Origin: Rhodocyclaceae bacterium UBA1310
GTDB taxonomy: Bacteria > Pseudomonadota > Gammaproteobacteria > Burkholderiales > Rhodocyclaceae
Length of the DNA: 64,000 nt
Direction of reading: 5' to 3'
NCBI GenBank assembly: GCA_002307175.1
Contig: DBTS01000006.1
Coordinates: forward strand, 8,200-72,199
The position numbers were made by a program, and so were the translations under genes. This document shows positions 1 through 9,910 of the stretch, piece by piece; position 1 is the first letter of the stretch; every line of letters begins with the position of its first letter. A model generated the notes under the pieces. It saw only the letters and a program-made list of their open reading frames with translations. It had not been told where the DNA came from and did not search any database.

Positions 1-175
1 ATATTGCTGCCAATTCTAACCAATGCGAAAGCGCAAACGAGAGACGAACCCCATAGAGTGCCGGTTCTTCGTCAAGAGCGTGATGGTGGAACCATACATA
101 CGTAGAAAGTGCATCTTCGTACTTCCCATCCAGCACGGAAAGACGAGCCAATCTCAGGCGATCACATGCATTCAT
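1..175 (-). CDS. Hypothetical protein, 5' part (runs off window edge)
   Basis: Manual translation from ATG at 175: MNACDRLRLARLSVLDGKYEDALSTYVWFHHHALDEEPALYGVRLSFALSHWLELAAI, open to the window edge. Purine-rich RBS-like stretch upstream. Not in the ORF track. Confidence 0.6.
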   Translation of the reverse strand, partial: MNACDRLRLARLSVLDGKYEDALSTYVWFHHHALDEEPALYGVRLSFALSHWLELAAI

Positions 176-512
176 TGCGATATCTTCTCTTTGACGTTGT
201 GCAGAACGTGGCGGTAGCTGACCAAGTACGTGCTGGGGATGATGCACGTTCGTCTCTGTATGCCATCTTCCGCTTATGCTACATCCGTAACCAATTTCAG
301 GCCAAACATTCCTATCGGCCAGAATTTCCACGAATTTTATCGGGCTACACTCTTCTCTGTTGGCGCGCCTCACAGCTCTGTGGTGGATTTTTGGGGATCT
401 CGGAACGATTGTTTTGTGCTCTCCGGGCGGAGGCGAGGTCTGCGCAACTGCGCGGTGCGTCATTGGCCTGGCTTTGCTGCGCCCTGCGAAAACCGGTGGG
501 TATGCCAATGAT

Positions 513-638
513 GTAGGGTGCCAATGAGCGAAGCGAATTGCACCGAACGCGCATCCCTCACGATGGCGAGGTGATGCGGGTGTGGCAGACGCGGAAGGTG
601 CAATTCGCTGCCGCTCATTGTTCGCTTCGCCACCCTAC
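513..638. repeat. REP doublet (REPIN-like), GTAG-family palindromes in inverted orientation
   Basis: GTAGGGTGCCAATGAGCGAAGCGAATTGCACC at 513-544; inverted variant GGTGCAATTCGCTGCCGCTCATTG...CACCCTAC at 597-638. Confidence 0.85.
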
Positions 639-670
639 GAAACCGGCATGGAATGGCGGTGCTGGCGGCT

Positions 671-1273
671 TTAGCCGAGCACGGTGAGCGAGACTTCGTC
701 CTGATGGCCGAGCATTTCCTGGGCGTGGTAGGTGCCACGGGTGCGGGTGCGCAGGTTCTGGAGGCTGTGGCTGCAGAGTGCCATGCAGGCCTGGGCGGGG
801 TTGCTGCGCCAGATGTTCCAGAATACCGAGAAGCGGAAGCCGTGGGCCTTGCTGTCCGTCTGCATGGACAGATGGGTGCCTTGCGAGGAATCCAGCTGCA
901 GGGCGAAGGAATCGCGGTGTGCAGGCAGGTGCGCGAGGGGATCGAGCAGCTCGGGTATCGGCTTGAAGTCTTGTGTGGCCGGCTCGGCGGGTTCGCGGGG
1001 GTAGAGTTCGTCGAGGGTCTTGCCCGGTGTGCTGGTTTCGGCGTTTTCGAGAAACTGCACGGTGATCTTCTGCCCCGGATGCATGGCAATGTGGTTCGCC
1101 CACAGCAAACAGGTGGCTTCCTCGTTGCGGGGATGATGGCTGGCGGCGATTTCGAGGTAGGCGAGGTCGCTGTCGGTGCGGGTGCCGCTGACTTCGACGG
1201 TGACCAGTTCATAGTCGACCGTGGAAACCGTGGCAAGGTGAACGCCGTCTAGCAGCGTGCGAAGGGCGGGCAT
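671..1273 (-). CDS. Hypothetical protein
   Basis: Globular-looking 200-aa portion (MPALRTLLDGVHL...) of ORF 671..1540; start codon chosen by inspection. Confidence 0.6.
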   Translation of the reverse strand: MPALRTLLDGVHLATVSTVDYELVTVEVSGTRTDSDLAYLEIAASHHPRNEEATCLLWANHIAMHPGQKITVQFLENAETSTPGKTLDELYPREPAEPATQDFKPIPELLDPLAHLPAHRDSFALQLDSSQGTHLSMQTDSKAHGFRFSVFWNIWRSNPAQACMALCSHSLQNLRTRTRGTYHAQEMLGHQDEVSLTVLG

Positions 1274-1499
1274 GACGAACCAGCATAAATATGCAATCGG
1301 CTGGCATTCTAGCCCATTGGGAGGCGCATGGGAAATCAGGGTTTGTGCGTGCGCCCTGCGGGCCCTGCCCGGAAGGGCTGGGTTGGGGCTGCCTGAGGGG
1401 GCAGGAAAAGGGTGTGCTGCCATACGTAGCGTGAATTGCCGGCTCTGGCGCCGTGGTGCTCGGGTTTGGACGCCATGCATACCCTGATTGTTGGGGGCT

Positions 1500-1802
1500 T
1501 TATCTGTCGCCGGGGAAGGCGGTACCGACGATTTTGCCATCGCGGTTAAAGATGAGCATCCAGATGGTGGTACCTGCCGAGGGTGTTGGTAGGGCGTCCA
1601 GCAGGGTTTCGCGCAATGCCCAGTAGTCGGTGTCTGAACTGGCTGGGGTTAAATGAATGGTGAGGCCAAGTTCATTGTAGGCACCGGCAAAATGGTCGCT
1701 TACCGAGTCCACACAGGGGTGGTCGGCAAGGCGGCGTACCTCGTCTTCAAGCTGTTGCTCGGGAGTGAGGCGATCATGTTGGCGGGTTTTCTGGCGGGAC
1801 AT
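1500..1802 (-). CDS. Hypothetical protein (possibly leaderless)
   Basis: MSRQKTRQHDRL... portion of ORF 1500..1880; TATAAT 7 nt upstream of the ATG. Confidence 0.6.
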   Translation of the reverse strand: MSRQKTRQHDRLTPEQQLEDEVRRLADHPCVDSVSDHFAGAYNELGLTIHLTPASSDTDYWALRETLLDALPTPSAGTTIWMLIFNRDGKIVGTAFPGDR

Positions 1803-1816
1803 TGGGGGGATTATAG

Positions 1817-1873
1817 GGCGCGCTGCGCGCGGAAACGGTGTTCGACCGGCGCAATACCGCTTGCGCGCCCTAC
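1817..1873 (-). repeat. REP-like element (variant shared with 5343-5419)
   Basis: GGCGCGCTGCGCGCGGAAACGGTGTTYGACCGGCGCAATWCCGCT...GCCCTAC occurs at both loci. Confidence 0.75.
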
Positions 1874-2506
1874 GGGGCATGGCATGTCAATGATGTTGAG
1901 TGCCATAAACGAATGTGAATTGCACCGGACGAGTGGAAGCGATCATATGACGTAGACGGTGCGGTCACCGCGGAGCGGTGGGACGTGCGCGCCCACGGAG
2001 GACCGTGGGTGCGATCAGATAAACGACACGCGGAAGGTTCTTCACTGGGCGGAGTTTTCCGCTGTCTGTATGAGGTTTAGCCAGCTGGACTGGGTGTTGA
2101 TGGCGTATCCGCCGTTGTCAGCGACTGGGTGGGGATGGTGGGTGATTATTGCAATGGGGTTTAGCAGCGGGGCGTCAGGGGAGTGGCTCGCGGATTTTCA
2201 ACAAGATCTTCACTCAATCTGGGCTTGCGCCTGAAGTCGGAGGCGGGGCTGCCGTTGGCTATCGGGCGCCTGCGCACTGCGAGGCTGCTACTGGGGTCAC
2301 AGCGTATCAGACAGAGCTTGCCTTGTTAAAGCTTTTTTGCGGCAGTGAATCCGATGAAGATGATGAGTTGTTGCCGCTTGGATTTTGAAGATATTTTTTT
2401 GCATCCTGGAAAGGTTATAGGCGCTTTCAACCTGGCGTATTATTACGCAGAAATTTGTATGATTTTGTGCTGAATTCCAGGCTGATTGGTGTGCGAGGAT
2501 TGTTTG

Positions 2507-3058
2507 ATGAATGACGTTGAATTTATTCGTTGTCTGTGTGATGGTTATGTTCGGTGCTATCGGACTTTTAATCTACACACTTCCGCAACATGGACGGACG
2601 TGACACAACGCGAGCTTGATTATTTTTGTCGGCTTGGAGAAAGTCTGGGATTTCAAGCACGGCTTGAGCATAATCCCGGTAATAAGGATATTGCGTGGCA
2701 TGATCCAGTTTCACAAAACCTTGTGCTGTATGGGGAACGGGAGACCGAACAAAAGAGATGTGTTCCTGAAGCGCTGAGGAAGCTTCTGGTGACGGACGAA
2801 GGGCTTAAGTCTCGATATTTGTTGGCTGTTTTGGGGTGGGTATTTGAGGATGATATTGAAAAGATTTGTAGTGAGATACGACAGAAAATAGGAAGTCGCT
2901 GCATCGGGGTTATTGCTTGGGTTGGGAAAAACAAGGATGACATTGATCACCTGCAACTTTTGGTGTCGGCAGGCGGGAATTTGGTCAGGAGTCAAGCCAA
3001 AGTAGCAAAGGACTCTGCGGGCTATTGGTTCGCCTATAGTAGTTCTGGTTGGATTTAA
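2507..3058 (+). CDS. Hypothetical protein, possible PD-(D/E)xK-like nuclease fold
   Basis: AT-richer ORF with KDIAW...LYGERE (D...ExE) pattern. Confidence 0.55.
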   Translation: MNDVEFIRCLCDGYVRCYRTFNLHTSATWTDVTQRELDYFCRLGESLGFQARLEHNPGNKDIAWHDPVSQNLVLYGERETEQKRCVPEALRKLLVTDEGLKSRYLLAVLGWVFEDDIEKICSEIRQKIGSRCIGVIAWVGKNKDDIDHLQLLVSAGGNLVRSQAKVAKDSAGYWFAYSSSGWI

Positions 3059-3256
3059 TCAGGAAAACCGATGTGGACGGTGCAATTCGGTGCGCTCATT
3101 GTCAGCTGCAACGGTAGCATGATGGGCGTTTGGGGGGCTGAATTGAAGCGTCCCCCGCTGCTTAATGGGGTGACGCGACAATCCAGTCATGTGGCTTGGT
3201 CTGCTCAAGGCTCCGGGCGAGAAGGTACATCTGCAAGCCCGCCCCGCAAAGAAGAC

Positions 3257-3816
3257 GTGGTGCGCGGTCTGGATGTAACGAGTCTCACGCTGCTTGATTG
3301 CGTCAGCGATCTGATGGCAAACCTCGCGCAGCTCACATCCCCCAATTTTGACGAGCAGTTCAATCGTGCGCCCCTGCCACTCGACACGGCTGGTGTGCTG
3401 CGGCTCATTGAAGCGCTGCACGCGCGCGGGCTGCTCTTCATTCACGCTGGCGCTACGCTCATTGACACGGCACATCTGGGTGGCACTGACCAAGGCCGGG
3501 GGGCAGGCATGGGAAGCACATTTCCAGCCGGACTGGAACCGGCAGGTGAGGGATGGTGTTTGCTATCGTGACGATGGCATGGCGTTTTACGAATTTATAT
3601 CGCCTTCACGGCAGCCGCTGGAAGACATTCGCCAACAGATCCCCGCCCATGCCGGCGACGTTGCACTGGAAACAGTCAGCCCGCTCGACATGAACTACTG
3701 GAAGCACTTCCCGCAGGGCTACAGGCTCAGCTTCATACTGCCGGAAGGTGATGATTGGCGTATGCCGGCTTCGGCATGATGATGCATGGGAGTGGTTCCG
3801 TAGTGCTCACAGGTGA
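3257..3816 (+). pseudogene. Frameshifted hypothetical gene
   Basis: Protein-like sequence passes from the ORF 3071..3571 frame (..LIDTAH) to the ORF 3348..3779 frame (IWVALTKAGGQAWEAHFQPDWNR) near 3475; possible second shift near 3772. Confidence 0.45.
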
Positions 3817-3896
3817 TATTGCGGCGGAAATCGCTGCGCTCCTTCCACTCTACAGGGGGCGTGTGGGGTAATGCAGGGGATGGGCGCGATCAGTTC

Positions 3897-4274
3897 TCAA
3901 CTCGCCCATGAGAAGCGTACGATGGCCAGCGCGAGTGCGAAGAGGTAGCTGTACCAGAAGCGGTCGATGCGCAACACAGTCTGCCCGCGTCGCGCCCGCT
4001 GTGCTCCCAGCATTGCCATGACGGCGCCCGTTGCGAGAGGTGTGACAATCATGTTTACCCAGCGTAGTGCTACGAGTGTCACCATGTGGCGCGGAAAGAT
4101 GAAAAGACTGATGAGGCCGGCGAGCGCACCGAAGAGTGTGTAACCGATGGTTGCAAACAAGGGGTTGGGTGGGCGTCGGAAGGGCTCCTTTATCGCATGC
4201 AGGCCAAGTTCGCAGAGTATCTCCGTTACGATCTGGCCGATGAATTCGAGAAGCAGCTCAAAGAAAAACTCCAT
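3897..4274 (-). CDS. Small membrane protein
   Basis: 125 aa with several hydrophobic segments; GGAGG RBS upstream. Confidence 0.8.
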   Translation of the reverse strand: MEFFFELLLEFIGQIVTEILCELGLHAIKEPFRRPPNPLFATIGYTLFGALAGLISLFIFPRHMVTLVALRWVNMIVTPLATGAVMAMLGAQRARRGQTVLRIDRFWYSYLFALALAIVRFSWAS

Positions 4275-4542
4275 GCAATTCCCTCCGGGGTGTGATCCGG
4301 GCCCGCCCGGTAGTGTGTGAGTATGTGACGGTTGAAGGCTTGGGACAAGCTGGGAAAGACTGACGGCATCGGCGGTAACCCGGCGCCCACGCCGGGCGGC
4401 AAAATGGGGCTTATTACCGTACGCGTAGGTCGCAGGGCTCGGTAGCTGTGATCTACCGCAGGGCGGGGAATGTACGCATGTCTGCTGGGCGCGGGGCGCT
4501 CATCAATCACCTTGCGTGGCTACTACCTCTGGCCGCCCATTG

Positions 4543-5082
4543 TCACGCGTTGCGACGTTTGCGGAAGTTGCGCAGGCGGGTGGCGATGGTGTGAGCGTAG
4601 AGCAGCAGGAGAGACTGCGGGAGGGCCAGAACATAGCATTCAGCCCAAAGGAAAAATGCGCTCGGATAGCCGATGAAGCCGCCATGCTGGCGGGCAAGCC
4701 AGTCCATCGCCGAGGTGAGTGGTGCTGCCACCAGGCCGAACGGAATCCACACCGGGAAATATTCCAGTAGCAGGAGTTCTCCGATCCCCTCGGAGTTGGC
4801 GAATTTCGGATAAGACGCTGCGGGTGCCAGCAGGATAAACAGGATGGAGAGGCTGATGACACAGTGCAGTGCGATGTGATGCAGGCGTTTGCCTGTGTGG
4901 TCGGCCAGTGCATTGATAGACCAAAGAATCCACGCGAGCGGGATCAGAAAGATGACCCAGGTCAGTATTTTCAGGGTATCCCCAAAAAGAAAGTACAGGC
5001 TCGCCAAGCATAGCGTGAGCAGGTAAAAGCCGCGAACGATGGTGCGCAGGAGGCTGAGTGGACTGGCTGGTTTGTTATGCAT
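4543..5082 (-). CDS. Membrane protein, hypothetical
   Basis: 179 aa, about 5 TM segments; GAGG RBS. Confidence 0.7.
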   Translation of the reverse strand: MHNKPASPLSLLRTIVRGFYLLTLCLASLYFLFGDTLKILTWVIFLIPLAWILWSINALADHTGKRLHHIALHCVISLSILFILLAPAASYPKFANSEGIGELLLLEYFPVWIPFGLVAAPLTSAMDWLARQHGGFIGYPSAFFLWAECYVLALPQSLLLLYAHTIATRLRNFRKRRNA

Positions 5083-5124
5083 TTGGCCTCATTTGATATG
5101 ATGAATGGCAAAGGCAAGACAGAG

Positions 5125-5256
5125 GGTGGCCTCGGGAAAGAACACGTGCGCCGTGCCCTGCGCCAGCGGGCGGCTATGCGCATGGGCAGGATTCTTGCGC
5201 AGCAGATAGCCCAGATCCGTGGCCGGCTGATGCGTGGTGGTGATAGTGAGGAGCAT
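5125..5256 (-). pseudogene. hen1: 5' fragment of bacterial Hen1 RNA 2'-O-methyltransferase (RNA repair)
   Basis: MLLTITTTHQPATDLGYLLRKNP...GTAHVFFPEAT matches the characteristic N-terminus of bacterial Hen1; similarity ends after about 44 codons and the ORF stops at 5089. Confidence 0.8.
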
Positions 5257-5342
5257 GTTATAGCGATGACTGACCGGGTATGCGGGATAGGTGGGGAGTA
5301 TAGCGGAGGGGGCGCGGGTTGGGGGTTGGGATTCGATTGGAT

Positions 5343-5419
5343 GGCGCGCTGCGCGCGGAAACGGTGTTTGACCGGCGCAATTCCGCTCACGCTCCATTGT
5401 TCCGCTTCGCGCGCCCTAC
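5343..5419 (-). repeat. REP-like element
   Basis: GGCGCAATTCCGCT...CATTGTTCCGCTTCGCGCGCCCTAC, same family as 9805, 12070, 54091 and 62688. Confidence 0.8.
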
Positions 5420-5780
5420 GAAAAACACACGTGTCATTGGGTGATGGGCGTACAGGCTCTGGTAGTGCGCCAGTGCAGCATAGCGGAACTGCGCCGCGTG
5501 GGAGTTCTCGCGCTTTGTTCGTTTAGTTCCCTGTGGCAATAGCCAGGTTTGGCCCTTGAATGGGATGGGCAGCCTGCCATCTGATCTTGAAACCCATTGG
5601 TGTCGGCGGTGCCAGGCAGGGAATCGCTGGACGCGGGGGTGGATTCAGACTACTTTGGCAGGGCTCATCCTGCGCTGTGTGGCGCGGGAATGGTGAGTCT
5701 GGGGCATGCGCCCGAATCCTGCTGCGCTGGCGTTGCAGGGGCTTGGCCTGATCCGGTGGTCTGATTGTGCAGGAGATGCT

Positions 5781-6032
5781 ATGGAACGGGAAAGCTTTGA
5801 TGATGTTGCCGGGGCGATACGCGAGCAGTTTGGCGGGGAGAAGGTGATCATCCATTTGATGGGCGGGGAGAATCTTTCCGGAGTGATTGATGAGCGCACC
5901 TACGGCTTGTCGAATTGCCTGAAGGTGGTGATCAACAATGGGGAAATCCGCCTGGTGAATGCGGCGTGCGTGATTTTTGTGGCGGAGGAGAAGGCGAAGA
6001 TTCCGTCGCAGCCAGCGTTCAGCGCGTTGTAG
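5781..6032 (+). CDS. Small hypothetical protein, possible Sm/LSm-like beta-barrel
   Basis: AGGAG RBS; KVIIHLMGGENLSGVID (Sm1-like) and IRLVNAACVIFV (Sm2-like). Confidence 0.6.
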   Translation: MERESFDDVAGAIREQFGGEKVIIHLMGGENLSGVIDERTYGLSNCLKVVINNGEIRLVNAACVIFVAEEKAKIPSQPAFSAL

Positions 6033-6123
6033 GCGAAGAGGCGGGCGCTGGGATGGTATTGGCTGTGTGATTGATGTGCGTGTTGTTGCGGGGTGTGGGC
6101 GAGATCAGAAAAGGCGCGCGGAA

Positions 6124-6164
6124 GGTGCAATTCGCTGCGCTCATTGTGCGCTTCGCCACCCTAC
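6124..6164 (-). repeat. REP element
   Basis: GGTGCAATTCGCTGCGCTCATTG...CACCCTAC. Confidence 0.85.
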
Positions 6165-6195
6165 TAAAATCGGCACGTTCTGCTGATTTTTTGGT

Positions 6196-6657
6196 CTATT
6201 TGAAGATACCAGCTTTGTCGGTGGCGCGGACGAGTTGCGTAAGCTTGTCGACGTTGCAGGCTGTTGGGCCAAGGTTGCGGCAGTAGTTGAGGGCACGTAA
6301 GGTGTCTTGCCGGGCTTCGTCTTCGGCGTTGCGGTGGCGCGCGAGGATGGCGAGGCGGATGTAGTCGAGCGCAGAGCCAATGTTCATCACCTTGGCGTCG
6401 AAGAGGGGGTCGTGGCGGGCGCGCATGCGCTCGGTGTAGGCAATGTGAGTGCGAAGAGCATCTTCGCGGGCGGTGTCGGTGCCTTCGCGGAGCTGGGTGT
6501 CGATGTAGGTGTGGATGGATTCAAATTCCGTTACGCTGAGCGCGAGGTCGCTTGCGTGCTTGATGGCGAGGGTGTGACGGTAGCCGAGGATGCCGCCTAG
6601 GCAGAGTGCCGCGAGGGCAATGATCAGGGCGTAGAGGCGGATTGTGTGACGGGGCAT
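6196..6657 (-). CDS. Membrane-anchored hypothetical protein (paralogue A)
   Basis: N-terminal TM; shares YxDTQLREGTD-AREDA, HDPxF, DYxRLAILAR and DKAGIFK with 6742..7206. Confidence 0.8.
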   Translation of the reverse strand: MPRHTIRLYALIIALAALCLGGILGYRHTLAIKHASDLALSVTEFESIHTYIDTQLREGTDTAREDALRTHIAYTERMRARHDPLFDAKVMNIGSALDYIRLAILARHRNAEDEARQDTLRALNYCRNLGPTACNVDKLTQLVRATDKAGIFK

Positions 6658-6741
6658 CGGGGTACGTGTGCTTGGGTGCCAGGCCTGTGAGTCAAAGCCT
6701 TGGGAGGCGCATTCGGCCTACCCTGGGATAATCGGATTGGT

Positions 6742-7206
6742 CTATTTGAAGATGCCGGCTTTGTCCAGCGTGTGGATGGTTTCAATGAGTTTGTCGGCGT
6801 TGCAGGTCTGCCAGTCGAGGTGCAGGCAGTAGTTCATGGCGTGGCCGATGTCTTGCCGGGCTTCGTCTTCGGCGCCGCGCTTGCGGGCGAGGATGGCGAG
6901 GCGGGTGTAGTCCATGGCGGAGTCGAAGTCGGTGACCCTGGCGGTGAAGAAGGGGTCGTGGCGGCCACGGATGCGCTCGGAGAAGGCGATGTGGGCGCGG
7001 ATGGCGTCTTCACGGGCGTCGTCGGTGCCTTCGCGGAGCTGGGTGTCGAGATAGGCGCGGATGTAGTCGATTTCCGTGCTGTCGAGTGCTGTGGTGGCGC
7101 TGCCGGCCTGGGCGGTGGCGTAGCGGTAGCCGATGAAGCCGCCGAGGGTGAGCGCGACGATGGCAATGGCGAGGGCGGCGAGGCTGAGCTTGAGGCGCTG
7201 TGACAT
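6742..7206 (-). CDS. Membrane-anchored hypothetical protein (paralogue B)
   Basis: Tandem paralogue of 6196..6657; start MSQRLK. Confidence 0.8.
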   Translation of the reverse strand: MSQRLKLSLAALAIAIVALTLGGFIGYRYATAQAGSATTALDSTEIDYIRAYLDTQLREGTDDAREDAIRAHIAFSERIRGRHDPFFTARVTDFDSAMDYTRLAILARKRGAEDEARQDIGHAMNYCLHLDWQTCNADKLIETIHTLDKAGIFK

Positions 7207-7236
7207 GGGTGGGGGTGAGTGATCGTGAGTGGGCAA

Positions 7237-7569
7237 TCAGGCTTCGGCGGGCAGATGCTGTGTGACTTTTGACATGAGCAGCTCGATCAGCGCGGGGGCC
7301 ATGAAGGTGTAGGCATCGGGGATATCGAGGCAGATGATGCGCTGGCCGTGGATGTGGCGCCTGAATTTTTCGGTGAGCTTGCTGCGCTGGGCTTTTTCCA
7401 TCACGAAGATGAGGTCGGCCCATTCGACGAGTTCGCCGGTGACGGGGTTGTCGGCTTCGTGGCTCAGCCCGGCGGAGGTGCATTCGACGCCGGGGTAGGA
7501 GGCAAACACCTGCTCGGCGGTGGGGCTTCTGAGCTTGTTTTTACCGCAAATGAAGAGGACGTTGAGCAT
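7237..7569 (-). CDS. Low-molecular-weight protein tyrosine phosphatase-like protein
   Basis: LFICGKNKLRSPTAE (CxxNxxRS P-loop), WADLIFVME, CLDIPD. Confidence 0.9.
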   Translation of the reverse strand: MLNVLFICGKNKLRSPTAEQVFASYPGVECTSAGLSHEADNPVTGELVEWADLIFVMEKAQRSKLTEKFRRHIHGQRIICLDIPDAYTFMAPALIELLMSKVTQHLPAEA

Positions 7570-7856
7570 CTGATTCAGAAAGACGGGTAACGGGTTCTAC
7601 ATGCCGACCGGGGCTGTCGGGTTTTACGGCGAGCGCCAAGTGTACGACCAAAGTATGACGTCTGCCAATGGCGGGCAGGCGTTTTTTTAGCTTTTTTGCG
7701 GGGTGGGGCCGCATTCCCTTGAAGTACGGGAAGGACCAAAAGTATGCCTGCTTGGGTAAAGCAGTTGTTGATGTGACGTATTTCCTACATGGAGCCACAT
7801 CGACGTCCTACGATTTGTTTTAGCTGTACTTGCAAATCGTGAAGATGGGAGCGTGT

Positions 7857-8267
7857 ATGAGTTATCGTGGTCTGGCGGAACAGTTTGTTTGGGTAATTTC
7901 CATATCTTCAGTGTTTGGCTGTGCGTCTGCTCCAAGCCAGGAACAGATGCAAAACGCAAATTACGGAAGAGATTTGTCGTCAGTTGAATGTACTGAAGTA
8001 GCTGAGCGAGTCGTTGCTGACACACTAAAGGATCCCGGTGCTGCACAATTCCGTAACATGCCTTGTTCTAAGGGGTACTGGAAGTCTGTGCCCATAATGG
8101 GGATGGGGGTTGAATTTGGCTGGATTCAGAAAGGCGAAGTGAATGGCAAAAATTCATTCGGAGGTTATGTCGGCTTTCGTCCGTACCAGGTTTTGATTAG
8201 GGATGGGGTAGCGATTCGGTATTGTGTCTCCGATCAAAATGGGGTTTGTATCCCCGTTGCCCGATGA
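7857..8267 (+). CDS. Putative lipoprotein
   Basis: Lipobox-like VFGC; LKDPGAAQF and VNGKNSFGGYVG motifs; lower GC. Confidence 0.7.
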   Translation: MSYRGLAEQFVWVISISSVFGCASAPSQEQMQNANYGRDLSSVECTEVAERVVADTLKDPGAAQFRNMPCSKGYWKSVPIMGMGVEFGWIQKGEVNGKNSFGGYVGFRPYQVLIRDGVAIRYCVSDQNGVCIPVAR

Positions 8268-8292
8268 ATCTGAGTATTCCTTGCTTATTTGG

Positions 8293-8715
8293 TCAGTCAT
8301 CCGGGAAGGTCCACTGCGGGTTCCAGGCAACTTCCCAGAGGTGGTTGTCGGGGTCGCGGAAATAGCCGGCATAGCCACCCCAGAAGGTGGACTGGGCGGG
8401 CTTGACGATCGAAGCGCCGGCCAATGCGGCTTGTTTCATGACGGCATCGACCTCTGTCTGGGAATTGACGTTGTGTGCAATGCTGCAGGCGCCGCCACCA
8501 GCGGCCAGCGGAATGCCGGCATCCCTGGCGAGGCTTTGGCGCGGAAAGAGGGCCAGCTTGAGGCCGCCCTGGAGATCGAAGAAGACGACCGCTCCCCCCT
8601 CAAATTCGCAGCCGACGATACCCTGCGTGGCCAGCCCGAGGCCGTCGCGGTAGAAGCGCAGCGAGGCTTGCAGATCTTCCACTCCGAGCGTGATGAGGCT
8701 GATGCGTGCTTGCAT
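8293..8715 (-). CDS. VOC/glyoxalase family protein
   Basis: ISLITLGVEDL..SLRFYRDGLG; FWGGYAGYFRDPDNHLWEVAWNP. Confidence 0.92.
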   Translation of the reverse strand: MQARISLITLGVEDLQASLRFYRDGLGLATQGIVGCEFEGGAVVFFDLQGGLKLALFPRQSLARDAGIPLAAGGGACSIAHNVNSQTEVDAVMKQAALAGASIVKPAQSTFWGGYAGYFRDPDNHLWEVAWNPQWTFPDD

Positions 8716-8878
8716 GGGGCACCTCCGCAGATGGGGTCGCATGCGCCGGAAGGCGCATGACTATGCCGGGATTATAGGCTTGAACGGTGCATGGGATGCT
8801 GCCTTGCAGGGCGGAGGGGCGATGCTCCGGTGGGCATGGCATCTCCTCTTTGCCACCACGGGCGGCCTCTTGCTGCGG

Positions 8879-9394
8879 TTATGTGCGGGTCTTGAGAAGG
8901 TCGACGTAGGCGGTCTCGATGAGCTGGCTGGCTTCGATGCCGAGCTGTGCCATCAGGGTATGGGCTTCGCGGGTGCCGTTTTCGGAGGATTCGTTTTCAG
9001 CCAGCACGACTTCAAGTTCAAGGAAATCGCCTAGGCCCTGCACGCGGTCCAGGTGGATGCGTGTGCGGCCGGCGAGGTAAAGCGTGCGTTGTTTGATGAC
9101 ACGCCCGCTCTGGCCGTAGGCGAGGGTGAGTGCTTCGCGCAGGGAGTCGGGGGTGTTGGTGGGGCTGCGCACGTAGAAGGATTCTTTTGGCCCCTGCTGG
9201 TTGGCTCGCTGGTAGAAGATGAGTTCGCCCTGCTCGGGGCTGAAGCTGCGCAGCTTGAGGCGGCCGTTGGGGCAGTGGAAGAAGGTGTCGTCCTGCGCGA
9301 TCAGCATGGGGCCGGAGGTGGCAATGCTGGCAGCCTTGGGGGTGATGTCTTCAATGCTGGCAAGGCGGGCTTTGATTTCAATGTTGCGTGGCAT
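8879..9394 (-). CDS. CYTH domain protein (class IV adenylate cyclase CyaB-like)
   Basis: NIEIKAR (ExExK), GRLKLR, RIHLDRVQGLGDFLELEV. Confidence 0.92.
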   Translation of the reverse strand: MPRNIEIKARLASIEDITPKAASIATSGPMLIAQDDTFFHCPNGRLKLRSFSPEQGELIFYQRANQQGPKESFYVRSPTNTPDSLREALTLAYGQSGRVIKQRTLYLAGRTRIHLDRVQGLGDFLELEVVLAENESSENGTREAHTLMAQLGIEASQLIETAYVDLLKTRT

Positions 9395-9804
9395 GGGTTC
9401 TTATTCATCTGTTGGGCGGATCTATTTTGCCGGAATTCTGGATTTTTGGGCGTTCTGGCGAGGCTGCGAATTGTTGCGGGCTATGCAGGATATGTAGCGA
9501 CGGAGTTGCGGCAATAGTAATCGTTCCCATGCGGAGAGGCTGAGCAAGGATTCCAATTGAAAAATCCCGGCTAAAAGTTGATCTCTCAAAACTGCCTCAG
9601 AGCGATTATTTTGAGTGGGTTGAACTCCTGATGCTTCCGAAATTCTCTGAATACTTGCACAGCCACGGAGCGTGTGAACGATCAGTTAGTCAGCGCGCAA
9701 GCTGATTGTTGCCACTGTCTCCCACCGTGCCCGTCCCACGGGGCGCAGTGCAGTCGAATGGGCTACTCAAGCCGAACCAATCACCGCACCACCATTCCCC
9801 ATGC

Positions 9805-9847
9805 GGCGCAATTCCGCTTCGCTCCATTGTTCGCTTCGCCGCCCTAC
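9805..9847 (-). repeat. REP element
   Basis: GGCGCAATTCCGCTTCGCTCCATTG...GCCCTAC. Confidence 0.8.
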
Positions 9848-9910
9848 GCAAACCGGGGGGGCTGCATTCGTTGGTGTTGATAATGACCAGTCAAAGCGGC
9901 GCTGAGGGTG

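Noticed and set aside
9400-9800. Gene remnant between the CYTH gene and a REP
   Set aside because: Protein-like stretches with stops but no recognisable family; cannot be supported without BLASTx.
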